Source: Hormiphora californensis
Lineage: Eukaryota; Animalia; Ctenophora
Length of the DNA stretch: 64,000 nucleotides
Assembly (NCBI GenBank): GCA_020137815.1
Contig: CM035362.1
Location: 1,364,001-1,428,000 of the forward strand
Reading direction: 5' to 3'
The number at the start of each line of letters is the position of its first letter. The stretch's first letter is position 1. The notes under the pieces are model-generated. The model was not told the origin of the DNA. It saw only the letters and a program-made list of their open reading frames with translations, and did not search any database. A program made the translations under genes and the position numbers. Positions 19,704-33,642 of this stretch are shown one piece after another.

Positions 19704-21026
19704 GTTAGTATAACCTAACAAGCATTCTTTGTAGCATTACTTTTTCGCATCACATCTCTATCTATGGCCGGATACTGGCTGATGTATCTCCCTCCATCTC
19801 TTCTCTGAAGCCACTTTTCGGCGTTATCCTTTATCTATTTGCATCACAACACTAGCTTATTACGTGCATCAGTTTTAACGTCCGATAACTTTCAGTCAAG
19901 CGTATCTCTCTCTCTCCCCTCTCTCTATATCTCTTTCTATCTCTCTCCATTCTCTATATCTCTCTCTCCCCTCTCTCTGTCTCTCTGTGTGTCCCTCTCC
20001 CTTCTCTCGCTATATATCTCTCTCCGTCCCTTTCTCCTTCTTTCATATCAATTCTCCTGCAATATTCGTCCACGACCAATTAAAGTTGTAAAACCGTGTG
20101 TGTGGTTTTAGATAGGACCCAAGATTTGTTAACATGCACGCTCTTCCAGCCTTGTTCTATTCCTTTTGTGCTTTTTAACAGCTCCTTTTGCACAAATCGT
20201 GATGCCATGCACATTGTCCATTAGCTTGTAGTTGCCATAGAAACAAAATTATGCTTTCGGCAGAATGAATTACATGCCCTCGAGTATTATCGCACGTGAG
20301 TCAAAGTGTCACAATCTTGAATTCAATTAAATCACCATGTAATACGGAAAATAATCTTTAACATCGAATTAACGAACAATCATCGAGTTATAATGAACAC
20401 ACATGATGGGTACCATAGTAACAAAGTAGGTACAACGTTACTTCCAGTGCACGGTAACCATGGCAACAAAGAGAGTACAACGCACACTTACCCAATTACC
20501 TCTCATTCTCTCTCTCTGAATTTGGTCTCTACGTTACTCTATTGTGCTATACCTCTGGCTCTTGTTACCTCTTGTTAAAAAGTATCTACGGCAAAATCCC
20601 CTGATTCTCTTGAACATGTTCCATCGCCACAGCTTACTTGTCACCTGTCTTTGACCGGACTATGTAATAATGCAGACAACATCTTGTTGCTCAATAAATC
20701 CAGTGTACAGGAATGTATTGGAGTCTTCTAGAACACCTTATTTCGGTTGATCTTCATACGTTCATTGATTAATGAGAGAACATATATCGCCAAAATATCC
20801 TCACTGCTCGTACTTGCTAGATATATATTTTGTCATCATTCATCTCCTTAAATCTCTCTGAAAGTGTGCAGTTTAATCAGCGCTATTGTAATTTCATCAT
20901 CTAGTCAACTTGTTGAATCCCCCGCTTTCCCTTACTAGTTCCTCTTCATTGTTTATTTCTCCCACTTTTCTCCCCTCTTCATTGATTATTTCTCCCTTTT
21001 TTCTCCCTTCTTCTCCTCCCTACAGC

Positions 21027-22059
21027 ATGGATTCAGAGCATAGCAGCAGCTCAATGAGCAACGTCGTGTCAGAGGTTAAAAGGAGAGCTCTTTCTGCGTA
21101 CCGGAAGCGTCTGCCTCCCATGTCCCCTTCAGCAGCTTCCGCTCGTCCATCAAGCTCCAAAAGTGATGAGCCTGAGGCTGTGAGGGCGCTGGTTAAAGCT
21201 CCATCAAAAGCAGAACTAATAGCACCAATTTTGCGGGCTGAAACCAAGAAACGACTAGAAACTTCTGTTCCCAAACTGAGCGAAGCCAGCTCAGACCTAT
21301 CTCCTGGTAAAAATCCCACACTTCCGGGAGCTGCTGATCAGGAATCACACCAAGAAGGAAACAAGGAAGGATTACAGGAGCAGTATATACCATCATCAGA
21401 AGGTGAATGGTCTAGTAAGGGCGTGGGAGAGAAATCTCCTCGTGCAACTGATGGTGAGAAACAGCGACCTAAAAGCAGGAAATCGAGTGGTAAAACAGGC
21501 AAAACATCCGGTAGAAGAGATCTAAAAGCAACTCCTGATAAACCAAAGCACATTTCTAAGCAGGGAAAATCATCCACACAACGAACCGGTTCACCTACTG
21601 CAAACACCAAAAGCGACGCCTCTTTCCCTGCCGGTGTGGGTTTAACTAGTCTTACCAGTGACGCGACATCATCTTCAGCATATCCTTCGAGCACGAACCT
21701 ATCTTTGCAAAAGCACAACTCTACTACTACAGCACGTTTATCAGAGCAGCAGCCACAGCAGGAGCAACCCGTAACTGTTTCCACAGGGGTTAATGGTGTC
21801 GGTGCCAGGGCACCCAATGCTAGTCGGGAGAGCACGAAACGGGACGATATGGCGCCTGGGGTTGCAGAGGGTCCCCAGGGTGAGTTCAGAAGGGTTAACA
21901 CACGGGACATGCTCGGTATAAACAACAGTGGTGGAGCTGGTGGTAGTAATGACGCATCAAGTAAGGATACGGGGAAGGTTGCCGTAGTAGAGGCTGATGA
22001 TACTGCTGCTGGTGGTCTCTCTGGCGAGAGTAGGGGAGCAATTACAACTACTACAACAG
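21027..22059 (+). CDS. Candidate alternative N-terminal module 2 of CCDC40 (long S/T/K-rich exon)
   Basis: Part of the 385-aa ORF; polypyrimidine-CAG directly before the ATG; contains SSSMSNVVSEVKRRALSAYRKR; phase-1 donor ACAG|GTAATT compatible with the exon at 23175. Confidence 0.6.
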
Positions 22060-22675
22060 GTAATTGAATCCTTTGTAGAAAACAGCCCGCCCCGTTAGCA
22101 AATGATAAGTTTGTAGAATTTGGGTGTCCCAGAATGATTGATTTTGGTCAAACTTAGCTTCAACCCGGTTTTAGCTATTTGAAAACAAAGCATTTATCGA
22201 TATCATCTATCAGTCTATAAATTCAATCCAACTTTACGCACTTTTGAACCCTCTTTTTAGGCCACAAATCGGCAGTTTCTCATCATACTGAGACACCCTT
22301 TAGTTTACTGAATATATCTGCATCTTTTTCACTTTCTAGCACTTGCATAAAAAGTACAATGTGCATAAACAACTTCTTGGAACCGTTCCAAAACATGCAA
22401 CTTTTTAAAAACAAAACCGCTCGGTTGGAAATTTTTCGAAAGTTGGATTTTTCGAAAGTTGGAATTTTATGATCAACGCGCGCGTTATGTAACGCGCAAA
22501 TAGCATGCGCGTCATATCTCGGTATATTCGTTTCGTTTATATTATCCAAAATGTTTGCGGAGGAAAGGAGGTTGCTATGCATGTCACACCCTAGGCAGTA
22601 AACACCGTTCGCTAGCACATGTACTATCGTTCTTCTTTGTGATTGGTTGATAAGGATCACGTGACATAAGCCAGC

Positions 22676-25600
22676 ATGAGCAAAGCTGAGGAGGACGATC
22701 AACCGATGAGCTCTACTGCAGTAGAACAAAAAGACGGTAGTTCTCATTTATTTGACCTCTTTCAATCTGTGAAACTTCGTGCTCTTGACGAATATCGTTT
22801 TAAAACTAAGAAAACTATGGCCCCGGGTGATCCCTCTAAGGCCATTTCCTCTGATACCGAGGGCCTTGCTAGTCGCGTTGCTGATACCCTTAAATCCAGT
22901 GAAGGTATTTGTCTGTAATTTTATTGTGGTTAAATGTTCAAGGCACCAACGGCAACATCAAGGCACGCTGACATCTGTAAACCGAGATTTGACGCCCCGA
23001 AATAAAAAGATGGCTAAATTTGGCAAATTATCAGCAACAAAATCATAGCATCGAATCGATATAAATCTAAAAGCACATGTTATCTCATTTTGAAAATATT
23101 GTTCCAAATATCGTTTCCATGCCCTAAAAAAGTATCCCATCTCTGATCCCATCCTAACACATCCCTCCCACCAGAGTCCCGTGAGATGACGGCCGATTCG
23201 GAATCCAACGTGGTGTACCGTTACACAGATGAGGTCCTCCCAGAGGAAGAAGAAGAGGATGAGGAGGAGGAAGAGATGGTGGTGCTGGACCCTGAGCATC
23301 CCCTTATGGCCAGGATGCAGGATGCTCTAACCAAATATCTAACGAAACAAATCGAGAAACTCGATCTTGAACTGAAAGAAAAGGTAATAGGTTATTAACA
23401 AGATAAACAACGATATAATGGTACTAAGGTAATATAAGTGTCAATGAAAGAGCTGTCAACCCAATTTTATAATTTTCATTGTAAAATTTTGAGATATAAT
23501 ATAATTCTTTAGGTAGCACTGCTTGTACAACTTATAACACTGGGCAGTGTTATAAGTTTTCACTTATAACACCCCCCAGTGTTATAAGTTTTCACTTATA
23601 ACACTCCCCAGTGATACATGAAAACTTATAACACTGCTGCACTTCGAACTCCACTGTTTCTGTCACGTTTAAAAACCGTTAGAAAGATAAACGTGTACGA
23701 ACTCCCTCTCTCTCTTTCTTTATGTCACACTCTCACGCCGTTGCAGCATCGAGATCAAGATAACGGTTACGAACTCCCGGACCCACACATTCTTTATCTC
23801 TCTCACTCTCACTAATCTCTCACTCTCTTTACCTATCTCAGGCGTTATCTTATCTTATACTGATTTCTCTGCCTGCTACCTTATCATGAATTTGTTCTAT
23901 TGTTACGCCCTAATATAAAGTGTCTCTCACTCTTGTTTAAAAAATTTTACAATGCAATTTTATTATGCCTGTTTTCGTTGTACCTGACGTCAACAATAAT
24001 GTCCCAGATTCGTACACTTTTAGACCTCGCAGGCTCGGTCAAAAAGTAAAACTACATCACTCGCAGGCTCGTGAGGTAGTCACACTTAGTGGCACTCGCA
24101 GGCTCGTGCACTAAAGTACAAGAATCTGCCTCGACCTGTGGTCTCGGATCATTATTGTTGCACTTATAACACTCGACCTTCGGTCTCGTGTTATAAGTTT
24201 TCAGGTACAACTTATAGGCATAATAAAATCCTACACAATTCCTCACCATGTGATTTATCCCCAGATGGCAGAGCTGAAGAAGCAGACAGTAGACAGGGAG
24301 GAGCTAGGAGTTAACCTGTATGGTATTCAGCAACAACTTGCCAAACAACAGGTCAGTTAACAGATATAGTCAGTTGTCACATATTTTACAGTCAAATATT
24401 CATGTGGCAGAATGGGTACTATGTCTTGTGGCAGAATGATTATTATGTCTTGTTTTTTCAGGTTAGTTTGGCAAATAAATTGTTTTACCTCTCACACGCT
24501 ATCACTACAAAATTCCCCAAATTTTGTAGCGATTAGTTAGATCTCACTTCTTAAAATGTTTACCTTGTTTTACACATGCTGGAGCACCATTCCCCCAAGT
24601 TCCCTTGTCAGTACAGATTCTCTGATTGCCTACCAGCATGTGTTTACTCTGACATGATATTGTGACATTTTGTCCAGGTTCCGTTACATCCCATTTTCCT
24701 TGCACTGAACCGGCTACAGTAAATGATGGACACACTGAGGGGGGAGATTAGATTTAGGGCACCTCGCCACGTCATAAACCCTACTTTTGGTAAAATGTAG
24801 AATTAACTTGCTTAAAACTTTTTGCAACTCTGCAGTAATAGAATACGATATGTGGTATCTTTAGTGGTATCTTTTCTACTTACTTTTTCGAAAGTAGTTA
24901 GACGCTGTATCATCACTCGTGCAGAGAACTTCATCAACCTTATCACCTGACCACTGTCCGTCACAATTGCTACCGATATCAAAATTAAACTGCAGGACTT
25001 CAACCCCATTACACGTTATTGACAGGGATGTGTTGGTTTTGGTAAAAGTCCATATTTGGTCAATGTCCGAGGGCGGTTGAACGGGTAGATTTGTGTAACT
25101 TTTCACACAATCGGAGATGTAGTATTTGACTGGAATACTAAATAACACCTTTACCACACCGATCTTGTTTTCACTGGGAAGACTGCCGACATAACTTGAT
25201 TTTAGCATTAGGTATGCATCAAAAGAGATCAGATCGTTGCTCCCCGCCGTTGAATTTGTTTTGACTTGGAGAGCAGATTTCTCTAGATCAATTGAAGCGA
25301 GTTTATTGCGTCGAACTGCTATCCACCCTGAAAAAAGCACAAAATAATTTATACAATACATTGTGTACCAGTATGTATACAATCCATAGTTCAAGTTTAA
25401 GTTAAATGATTTGAATTCTAAGTTCCACTCACCCGAGACCACGTTCAGTTTTAGAACCGCTAAGATCAAACACAGCTGCTTAGAAAACATCTCAAAATGG
25501 AGCATTAGAGGCAGGCTCCTTGAATTATATATCGTCCCCAAATGACACGATCATTTGCATAATTCATACCCTCCCCCTCTACTGTCGCTCCCATTATGTC

Positions 25601-28600
25601 TATGATGATCTACTCCACCTGCACTCGTTTATAACTTGTGTTCTCTGATCGCGTCTTGTTCTCTGGGAATGTTAGTCATTGGCAGCACGTGTGACATCCA
25701 CCGGCCGTTTAGTTTCTCAGAAATTCTCCAACCCAACAACTGTTTAGTTTCTCAGAAGTTCTAAATGCTTCTTGAGTCCCTAAAACCATGTGTAGTTGGT
25801 GGGTTAGAAGAAAAAAAACAACAACATATAAATCCCCACTAAAAACCACTACAAACAACTACTAACCCCCCTCCCTCTTCTCAGATGCAACTTGAGACGG
25901 AACACGACTCTTTTGCTGTTGCCAGGGAGACCAGAATGCAGGCGGAGGATGTTGCAAAACAGACGGAACAACTTCACAAGGCTACAGAGGCTGAGCTGAA
26001 ACTGCACCAGGAAAAGGGTAAGGGAGGGGGAGGATATTTTGGAACACAGTCTCACAGACCGTACTGTGTTAGTGAGAAAATATATGTATGATAAAAGCAA
26101 CTATTATATTTCGCTGAGAGAGTTCTGTCTCTAATAACTCGGTCTCTCTCTCTACAGATGAGAAACTGCGAGCGGACGTGGAAGCTCTGGACAACACGTT
26201 GTTTTACCTAACTCAGCTTGAGAAGAATCTTCATGCTGATATTAATATCACCAAACGGGCTGCTAACAAAGCATTGGAGGATATCAACAAGGCTGAGAAC
26301 AAGAAGTATCTTCAGGTTAGAATGGGGACACTCTGAGTCACACCGGATTAGTTTGAGCTGAGTGTGGAATATTTCATCATCATACGCTTTTATAACTACT
26401 TGTGTAGCTCAGCCCCCCTTTTCTAGAGGAGGGTTAGAACAAAACAAGGCACAAGTAACTACCATGATTCTTGCAGGATTTGTTTGTGGATCGGACAGTG
26501 GAGCAGGTTGACAAGCTGACTCAGGAGATTACTATGTATGATGCCCAGTTCCTTGCACAGAAGGAGGAGACTGAGGGAATGCAGGGTACATAAACTCCAC
26601 CCCCTCTAACATGCATATATTGCCTCTCTTACCCCCATTTCCACACCCCCATTCCATACCCTATTTCCACACCCCCCCCCCCTCTAACATGCCTCCCCTA
26701 CCCCAGAACTCCTATCGGAGGCTGCGTTGGAGCTGGAAGCTGTGCTCCTAGAAAAGAAGAAACTGTTGCAGCAGTGGCAGGCCAGTCTCATTGGTATGCA
26801 GAGAAGAGATGAAGCAAAGGCTGCAATGACTAAAGCTGTCGAGTGAGTTGTTGAAAATATACTTTAGCCCCTTTATAGCCAGGGCTGACTAAAAAAATGA
26901 CAAACAGTACCGACTGTTGGCTTTGTTCCAACAGAAATTATGCCCGTCCTTAAGCGATTACCCTAACGACATCTCTCTCCCCAGTCTACAGAGAGAGAAG
27001 ATAAGGTCAATGGAGACAGAGCTAACAGGATTCAAGAAGAACATTGTGACGGAACAACAGCGGAACGAACAGTTAACAATGCTTCACAACAAACTGCTCA
27101 TGGATATCTGTACCGTGAAGAAGCACGTGCAGAGCAGTGTTCAGAAGAGAGAAGTTCTGAAAACTGAGTACAGCAAGGTAGGCATGATAGTATCATGATG
27201 ATACATATTACATCAGATACGGTCTCTACTTCAATTGGTTTCGGTCAAACTCAATTCATGGGACGACTAGGCCCTAGACTCTAGGGGACAAATAATGATA
27301 TCCACTCAGGAGTTGAAATTTGAAAATCACCAACTGAAACAATCATTCCAGTAACGTTGCAAACCTCTATAACAGTCCTCTATAACACCTCTTATCTCCC
27401 TCAGTTCACCAAGATTCTACAAGAGTCAGAGGTTCATCTTTCTAAAGCCACCACCGAGAGAAACGTGAAGATGAACCAGATAACGGCCCTAAGGCAGCAG
27501 ACAGAGAGGGAGGCCCAGGAGCTCCAGAGACTCCAGGAGTGCATGTACGAGTACCACCAGAAGGGTAGGTTATCCAGAGTTAACATAGATGGTTATCTTA
27601 GGATTTGTGTTAACATTTAGGTTAACATCTACGCAGCTGTACCAAGCTAATTTGAAATCATAGCGGGTTAGTAAAATTATTATTTGTCAGGTTTGACCAT
27701 GGATAAATCGGCTCAGTACAGTGAGAAGAGCGCGACAAGGACCCGCCGACAGGCCCAGGAACTCGAGTTTGAGGTTGCAAATGTGGAGAATGACATCAGG
27801 TAAAATTACATGTGGGGGATTCAACCGGATGTGATGATAAACTTGGTAATATACTTGATGATTCGACAGAGCTGAGCTAATGTATACCTCAAACAATTAC
27901 ATATTGTTCTAAAATGGGGGGCTGCGAGTTGAATGAACGGGATCAGCAAAGTAATACTGGGAAACAAGGCTAACTTACCCCCCCCCCAGTTTGAAGCTGT
28001 TGGAGGTCAGCAAGTTGGAGACAAGGATCAAGGGACTAAATGATGATTTGGTGCATCTTGATCAGGACATTCGGGAGAAAGTAAGTTAACTAGCTGCCTA
28101 ACTTAGTTCTAACTTAGTTCTTAAACTCAGCTGTTCTAACTTAGTTCTAACTTATTATAGTTTCAGTACAATTATTGGATAACACAAACTCTCCTCCTCT
28201 CTAGAATGATTTGATATCCCACTGCTGAGAGTGAAGCTATAAGGAAGAATGCCATCATTGAGAGGAAACAGGGTCAGATTGACCAGTTTAATAAAAAGAT
28301 AGACCAGCTCAACCAGAAGGATGGCGGTGAAGAGGTAATTGTGTTTCGTTTGGAAAATGAATAAATTAGTTACTGTTTGGTTGGTACCATTGCCACCTAT
28401 TCTTTGTGTCACCAAATTGTTTGGTAGTTTCTTATCTCTAGCACTATAATGTTCTTCATCGTGTTGTATCAATACCATGATCAATTAATCAAACATTCAA
28501 GATTATAATAAATAATTACATCTTAATTACCATCAGGTTGGACCCCTGGAACTCCAGATATCCACCCTCCAAAAACAACTCAAGGACACGGGAGCAGAGA

Positions 28601-29607
28601 AAGAACAACTGGAACAATACTGGCTAAAGAAACAGTCTCACTTGGTACAGCTGACCAGTCAGGCAGAGATGCAGTGGGCTGACGTCACCAAGATGAAGAA
28701 ACAAGCATACAATCCTGCAACAGAAGAAGATTAGGATTGACAAGGAGTTAGAGACAACTTCTAGGGAGACAAAGGAACAGCAGGCCAACATCAGGTATGT
28801 GATCAAACTGTTAGGACATTGGTGGTGAAACTAACATCGACGTTACAGTAGTGCTAGATGTATGAATCTTTACATTCAGTCCAATCACCACGCTAATTCA
28901 GATGCAACTTATCATATTTTATAACGGTCCAGTTTCAAGTAGAGGTTCGATTTGGTCATGATCATAAAGTCGGGACACTTTTACAATGTTTAAAAAAATG
29001 TGGATTTTGAGTTTTAAATTTGGTTTTTTCACATGGTTGAGTAATCTGATCCACCAAAAATTGTCACTAGATAAAAATTGTGAAAACTAGAATTTTAAAG
29101 CTTAATTATGCTTTGTTTTATAAGGCTTTAAAGTATGTGGATCAGAAACGTGTGGATTAGCATACTCAACCGAGTTAGGTTGATGTTACGTCCTTGAAAC
29201 TTTGTGGGATGATAGATGGTATAGTAACAAATTGATTGGCATGGGTAAATGTACAAAATATGCTCAACCAATGTGGATTTTTTTCAATTTTCTCATAAAA
29301 TGCGACTCAACCGGAGGTTTATGACGGAGTTTCGGGTCCCGATTATTCTCAAAAGTTTCGTAAATCGATCCGACATTAGACTATATCGGTCCAGTTTCAA
29401 GTAGAGGTTCGATTTAAACTAATCGTGATGACCCCCAGGACGCTCCAGAACGACATGACAAAGTTGAATGTTCTAATCAACAAGAAGAACGGAGAGAAAG
29501 AGGACAAAGAACAGGATACTATCCTGATGGAAAACGATTTTATTGAAACTCTAAAAGAACACGAACAGGAGAGCATAACCATGCAGGTACAGAGCATATC
29601 TCTCTCG

Positions 29608-29645
<38 letters not shown>

Positions 29646-29713
29646 GGTCTTCTCTCGCTGACGATCTAATCGTCTATCTCTCTGATCTCTCTCCTCTACG
29701 TCGATATCTCTAA

Positions 29714-29796
<83 letters not shown>

Positions 29797-32340
29797 CTCT
29801 CTCAGCTCTCTCTCCCCTCCCAGAACCAAGTTGACAGCCTTACTGAGGAAAAGGAAAGACTATTGGGATCCCTGGTGGACAGTGAACGGCAAATAATGTT
29901 GTGGGAGAAGAAGATTCAGTTGGCCAAGGAGACAAGGAAGACAGTTGATAGCGAGTACGGACAAGGTAACTGCTGTAATGTCGGCACCCGGTGCTTTACA
30001 ACTGTAACTGCTGTAGTGCTGTAATCACATTCAGAATATACTGTCTCACATTCAGAGTATACTGCAGCTCACATTCAGAATATACTGTCTCACATTCAGA
30101 GTATACTGCAGCTCACATTCAGAATATACTGTCTCACATTCAGAGTATACTGCAGCTCACATTCAGAATATACTGTCTCACATTCATAACTCTTGGTTAA
30201 AAGTTTTTATATCCTATATATACTGAACTTATAACCCGGTGTGAGACAAACTCACAAACATTACTAATCTCATATTGTATTACTTCTCATCACGGTAAAC
30301 CCCCTGCAGGTGAGCTGAAAGCGATGAAGTGTGAGATTCACAGAATGCAGGTCCGTTACAACCAGCTGATTAGAAACCAGGAGCAGCTGATACAGGAGAT
30401 GGAGAAGGCCGTGGGAAGGAGGGAAACTATTTCAACACGGTATGTATTGAGAGCATGTGACAGGGGCTGTACTGTCCTATCCAGCAGCGGCAGTGAGATT
30501 TAGTGAAGGACAGTACAGTATAAATAGTCAACATGTTTCACGTTGTCTCATATAAGACCGTCCTCTTCGCATCGGGTTACGCGATGTACAGTCAGTGACT
30601 GACAAGTTTCACGTCTCTCATGGGACTGAAACATAGCTTAGATCTCGTGCACAAGTTCTGAATTCATCATTTCATTTTGAATCTAATCCATTGTCAACAC
30701 ACAGGGGTGATGCTATGGTGAAACAGGGCAAGAAAGCCGAGACTAAAGGAACTCTGAAGAAGAAAGTGGCTGAACTGAGAAAGAAAGTTAAATCTCTGAC
30801 GGTTGAGGCGAGTGGATGTGATACGGAGATTAAGAAGCTAAGAGAGCACCAATCAGCACTAGCCCAGACTCTAGAAGACAAGAATATTAGTTGTAAGGAG
30901 CAACAACAGACCGTGGATGATCTGAGTGCACAACATGAGAAAATCATGTTGGAAAAGGATAAGGTAATTGTGATTTAGTTGATTCTTGTTTCCACTGAGG
31001 TTTGGGGGTTTCCACTGAGGTTTAGGGGCGTGCTATTAAAATTTAACCCGTTTGTCATGCAAGGCCGACCGTATCATGTTGTGATATTATACCCCATTCC
31101 ATTCCTTACATGTCACCCTATTCTGACACCCATGTTTGCTCGAGGTCACCCATTAACCAGTTTGCCCCACTTCCAGGTCACCCATTAACCAGTTTGCCCC
31201 ACTCCCAGGTCACCCATTAACCAGTCTGCCCCACCTCCAGGTCACCCATTAACCAGTTTGCCCCACCTCCAGGTCACCCATTAACCAGTTTGTCCCACTT
31301 CCAGGTCACCCATTAACCAGTTTGTCCCACTTCCAGGTCACCCATTAACCAGTTTGTCCCACTTCCAGGTCACCCATTAACCAGTTTGTCCCACTTCCAG
31401 GTCACCCATTAACCAGTTTGCCCCACCTCCAGGTCACCCATTAACCAGTTTGCCCCACCTCCAGGTCACCCATTAACCAGTTTGCCCCACCTCCAGGTCA
31501 CCCATTATCCAGTTTGCCCCACTTCCAGGTCACCCATTAACCAGTTTGTCCCACTTCCAGGTCACCCATTAACCAGTTTGTCCCACTTCCAGGTCACCCA
31601 TTAACCAGTTTGTCCCACTTTCAGGTCACCCATTAACCAGTTTGTCCCACTTCCAGGTCACCCATTAACCAGTTTGTCCCACTTCCAGGTGACCCATTAA
31701 CCAGTTTGCCCCACTTCCAGGTCACCCATTAACCAGTTTGCCCCACTTCCAGGTCACCCAAGATCTCCTGTCTAAGCAGAAGAAGGTGAAGTATCTGGAC
31801 CAAGTGAAAAACAACACCTACAAAATGATGTGTAAAACGGAGGATTCTATAGATAAAGTCAGGAACCGGGAGGTATGTGTTACTTTTTAATGCAATTACT
31901 CAGTAACGTGCATACCTATATAAATCGACCTACACGCATGCTGTGCTGTACGAATCACAATCTTAAATCTCACATCTCTGATCAAGCTTTACTAAAAAGC
32001 TGCAGCGGCTTAACATTTCTAAGCGTCGCGCGCGCAGATTCTCTTAAAGTGAAACTACGAATTGTCAGCATCTTTTGTTCCTGCAGTGCTTCACAACACT
32101 GTGTAATACACTCAGGACGGCGCTGACAAGCGCATCAGGAACAGAATTATCAAGCCATATCACTGCAGTGTTGGTACCTTCAATGCCCCGATTTAACACC
32201 CCTCTGTTTTTCAGACTGAGCGACTACAAGCCCTGGTTAACATAGTTGACCACATGAACAGGGAGTACCCACACCTCAAACCAGCCCTGCACAGGGCCAC
32301 CCTTCTGCTTAACTGGAGGGCTGTCCCTGAACAGATGTGA
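22676..32340 (+). CDS. CCDC40: Coiled-coil domain-containing protein 40 (axonemal 96-nm ruler subunit)
   Basis: Signatures [76 protein letters not shown]. About 18 exons from 22676-22904 and 23175-23383 to 32215-32340; one apparent 1-bp insertion near 28699. Confidence 0.93.
23480..24235. mobile_element. Dispersed 760-bp non-autonomous element with several CTTATAACAC/GTGTTATAAG hairpins
   Basis: Near-identical direct copy at 60148-60916; TGTA...TACA ends; class unresolved. Confidence 0.8.
24544..25490 (-). CDS. Secreted protein (signal peptide + beta-rich domain + Sushi/CCP-like module) nested antisense in a CCDC40 intron
   Basis: Exons 25490-25433 ([19 protein letters not shown]), 25327-24884 (WIAV...LQVKTNS...IWTFTKT...ITCNGVEVL...DTASNYFR), 24734-24564 (C...VTISC...ICTDKGTW...PAC); lies in intron 24352-25884; 3' end uncertain. 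Confidence 0.8.
30027..30186. repeat. Intronic minisatellite, alternating 21/23-bp units
   Basis: cacattcagaatatactgtct / cacattcagagtatactgcagct. Confidence 0.9.
31143..31760. repeat. 32-bp minisatellite (about 19 units) built from the CCDC40 splice acceptor
   Basis: Unit aggtcacccattaaccagtttgccccacttcc; the last unit supplies the true AG (31751-31752) and the first exon bases. Confidence 0.95.
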
Positions 32341-33642
32341 CGGGTTCCAGACCAACCGGACACAGTAGATGATGATGTGAAGAGGAAGAAAGTTGTGTTT
32401 GTGATAGTGGAAGTGGTGGTTTTCGACAGTGGTCCCAGGTGTGGATCACACTTTTGGGCCACTGGTACTTTGGAAGTTGACTGCCGTGTCTAGGGGCCAC
32501 AGTGTTGCTAACATTGTGGCCCCGAGAGATAGGACTGTGTGTGAGAGTGTTCGGTTGGTCGCCCGAAACTAAATTCAATGATGTCAGAGGTTGACCCTTT
32601 CTTTGAATAGAGAGAGATGGTGGTGAGTTAGATGTTATTCCTTTGAAAGAGAACAGAGTTATGATTTGCCATGCATGATTGGGACTTTATGAAATAGTAT
32701 TGCAAGTATATTGTGTGCACTTCTATTCAAATTTGCCAAAAAAAACACACGTATTCCGGTTATAAAATTACACACAGTACACACAGCTGTGTTTGTGCAC
32801 AAACCTCTGCAGACTCGGCTTCCCTGTACTAGCCAACGAAACTGGGGTTTGCCTAGCTCGACCTGTATGGCGGCGCCATACCCCATTTGATTGACAGTGC
32901 GCTCAGATGGGGTCGCGGCACCAGACAGTGCTCGACCCTCTTTGAACAAAACAGATTGGGGTCTGGGCGGTAACTTGTAACATATTAACGTTTGTGAGAG
33001 GATGGAAGATGATAAGGTGACAAAATAACGATTGTCTTGTTTAAAATGTCATTTGAAGTGTAATCGTCTTGTCAATTTACAATTTTTATTGCACAGCAAA
33101 AATCTCTCTCAAAAAAACTATGGCACACACTTTTAATGTCGTAGTGGGAGGAGTATAAACACAAAACATCATATAATATGGGGCCATAACAAAAGTCGGT
33201 TTAAGATATATTTAAAAAGAATTGATCATCATGATGCAGATTGTGATTTACTCCCAAACTCAAACTGGAATCACTCTTGAAAATTATGGGATATCAATAT
33301 CATGTGAAAAGGCTCTGGCTAGGGTTAAAAACTGTGTCTTCTCTGATCTCTCTTCTTTTGTCATATTTCATTGTCCTCACATTTATTCTGAAAAACACAC
33401 ATTCTACCACTGTAAGCAGTGATATAAACCTCTCCATAATAAAACAGCTCTTCTACAACACTATCCAAACACGCTTTTAGTTCTGAACAACCTGTCTGGC
33501 GGCGCTGACCCGATCTGAAAATCAAAACGGGGTCTGGTACCGCCAGACAGTGAACAACCACCATCTGAGAACCTAGGTGTGGTCTTCTGTCAGTGTGATC
33601 TGTGTTATGTCATGCAACCTATGTACTAAATCAACATCATGA

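Noticed and set aside
28690-28735. CCDC40 pseudogenisation or programmed frameshift
   Set aside because: Single extra base in an otherwise intact conserved gene; similar 1-bp indels throughout point to assembly error
31143-31760. CRISPR array (32-bp repeats)
   Set aside because: Head-to-tail units with no spacers and no cas genes
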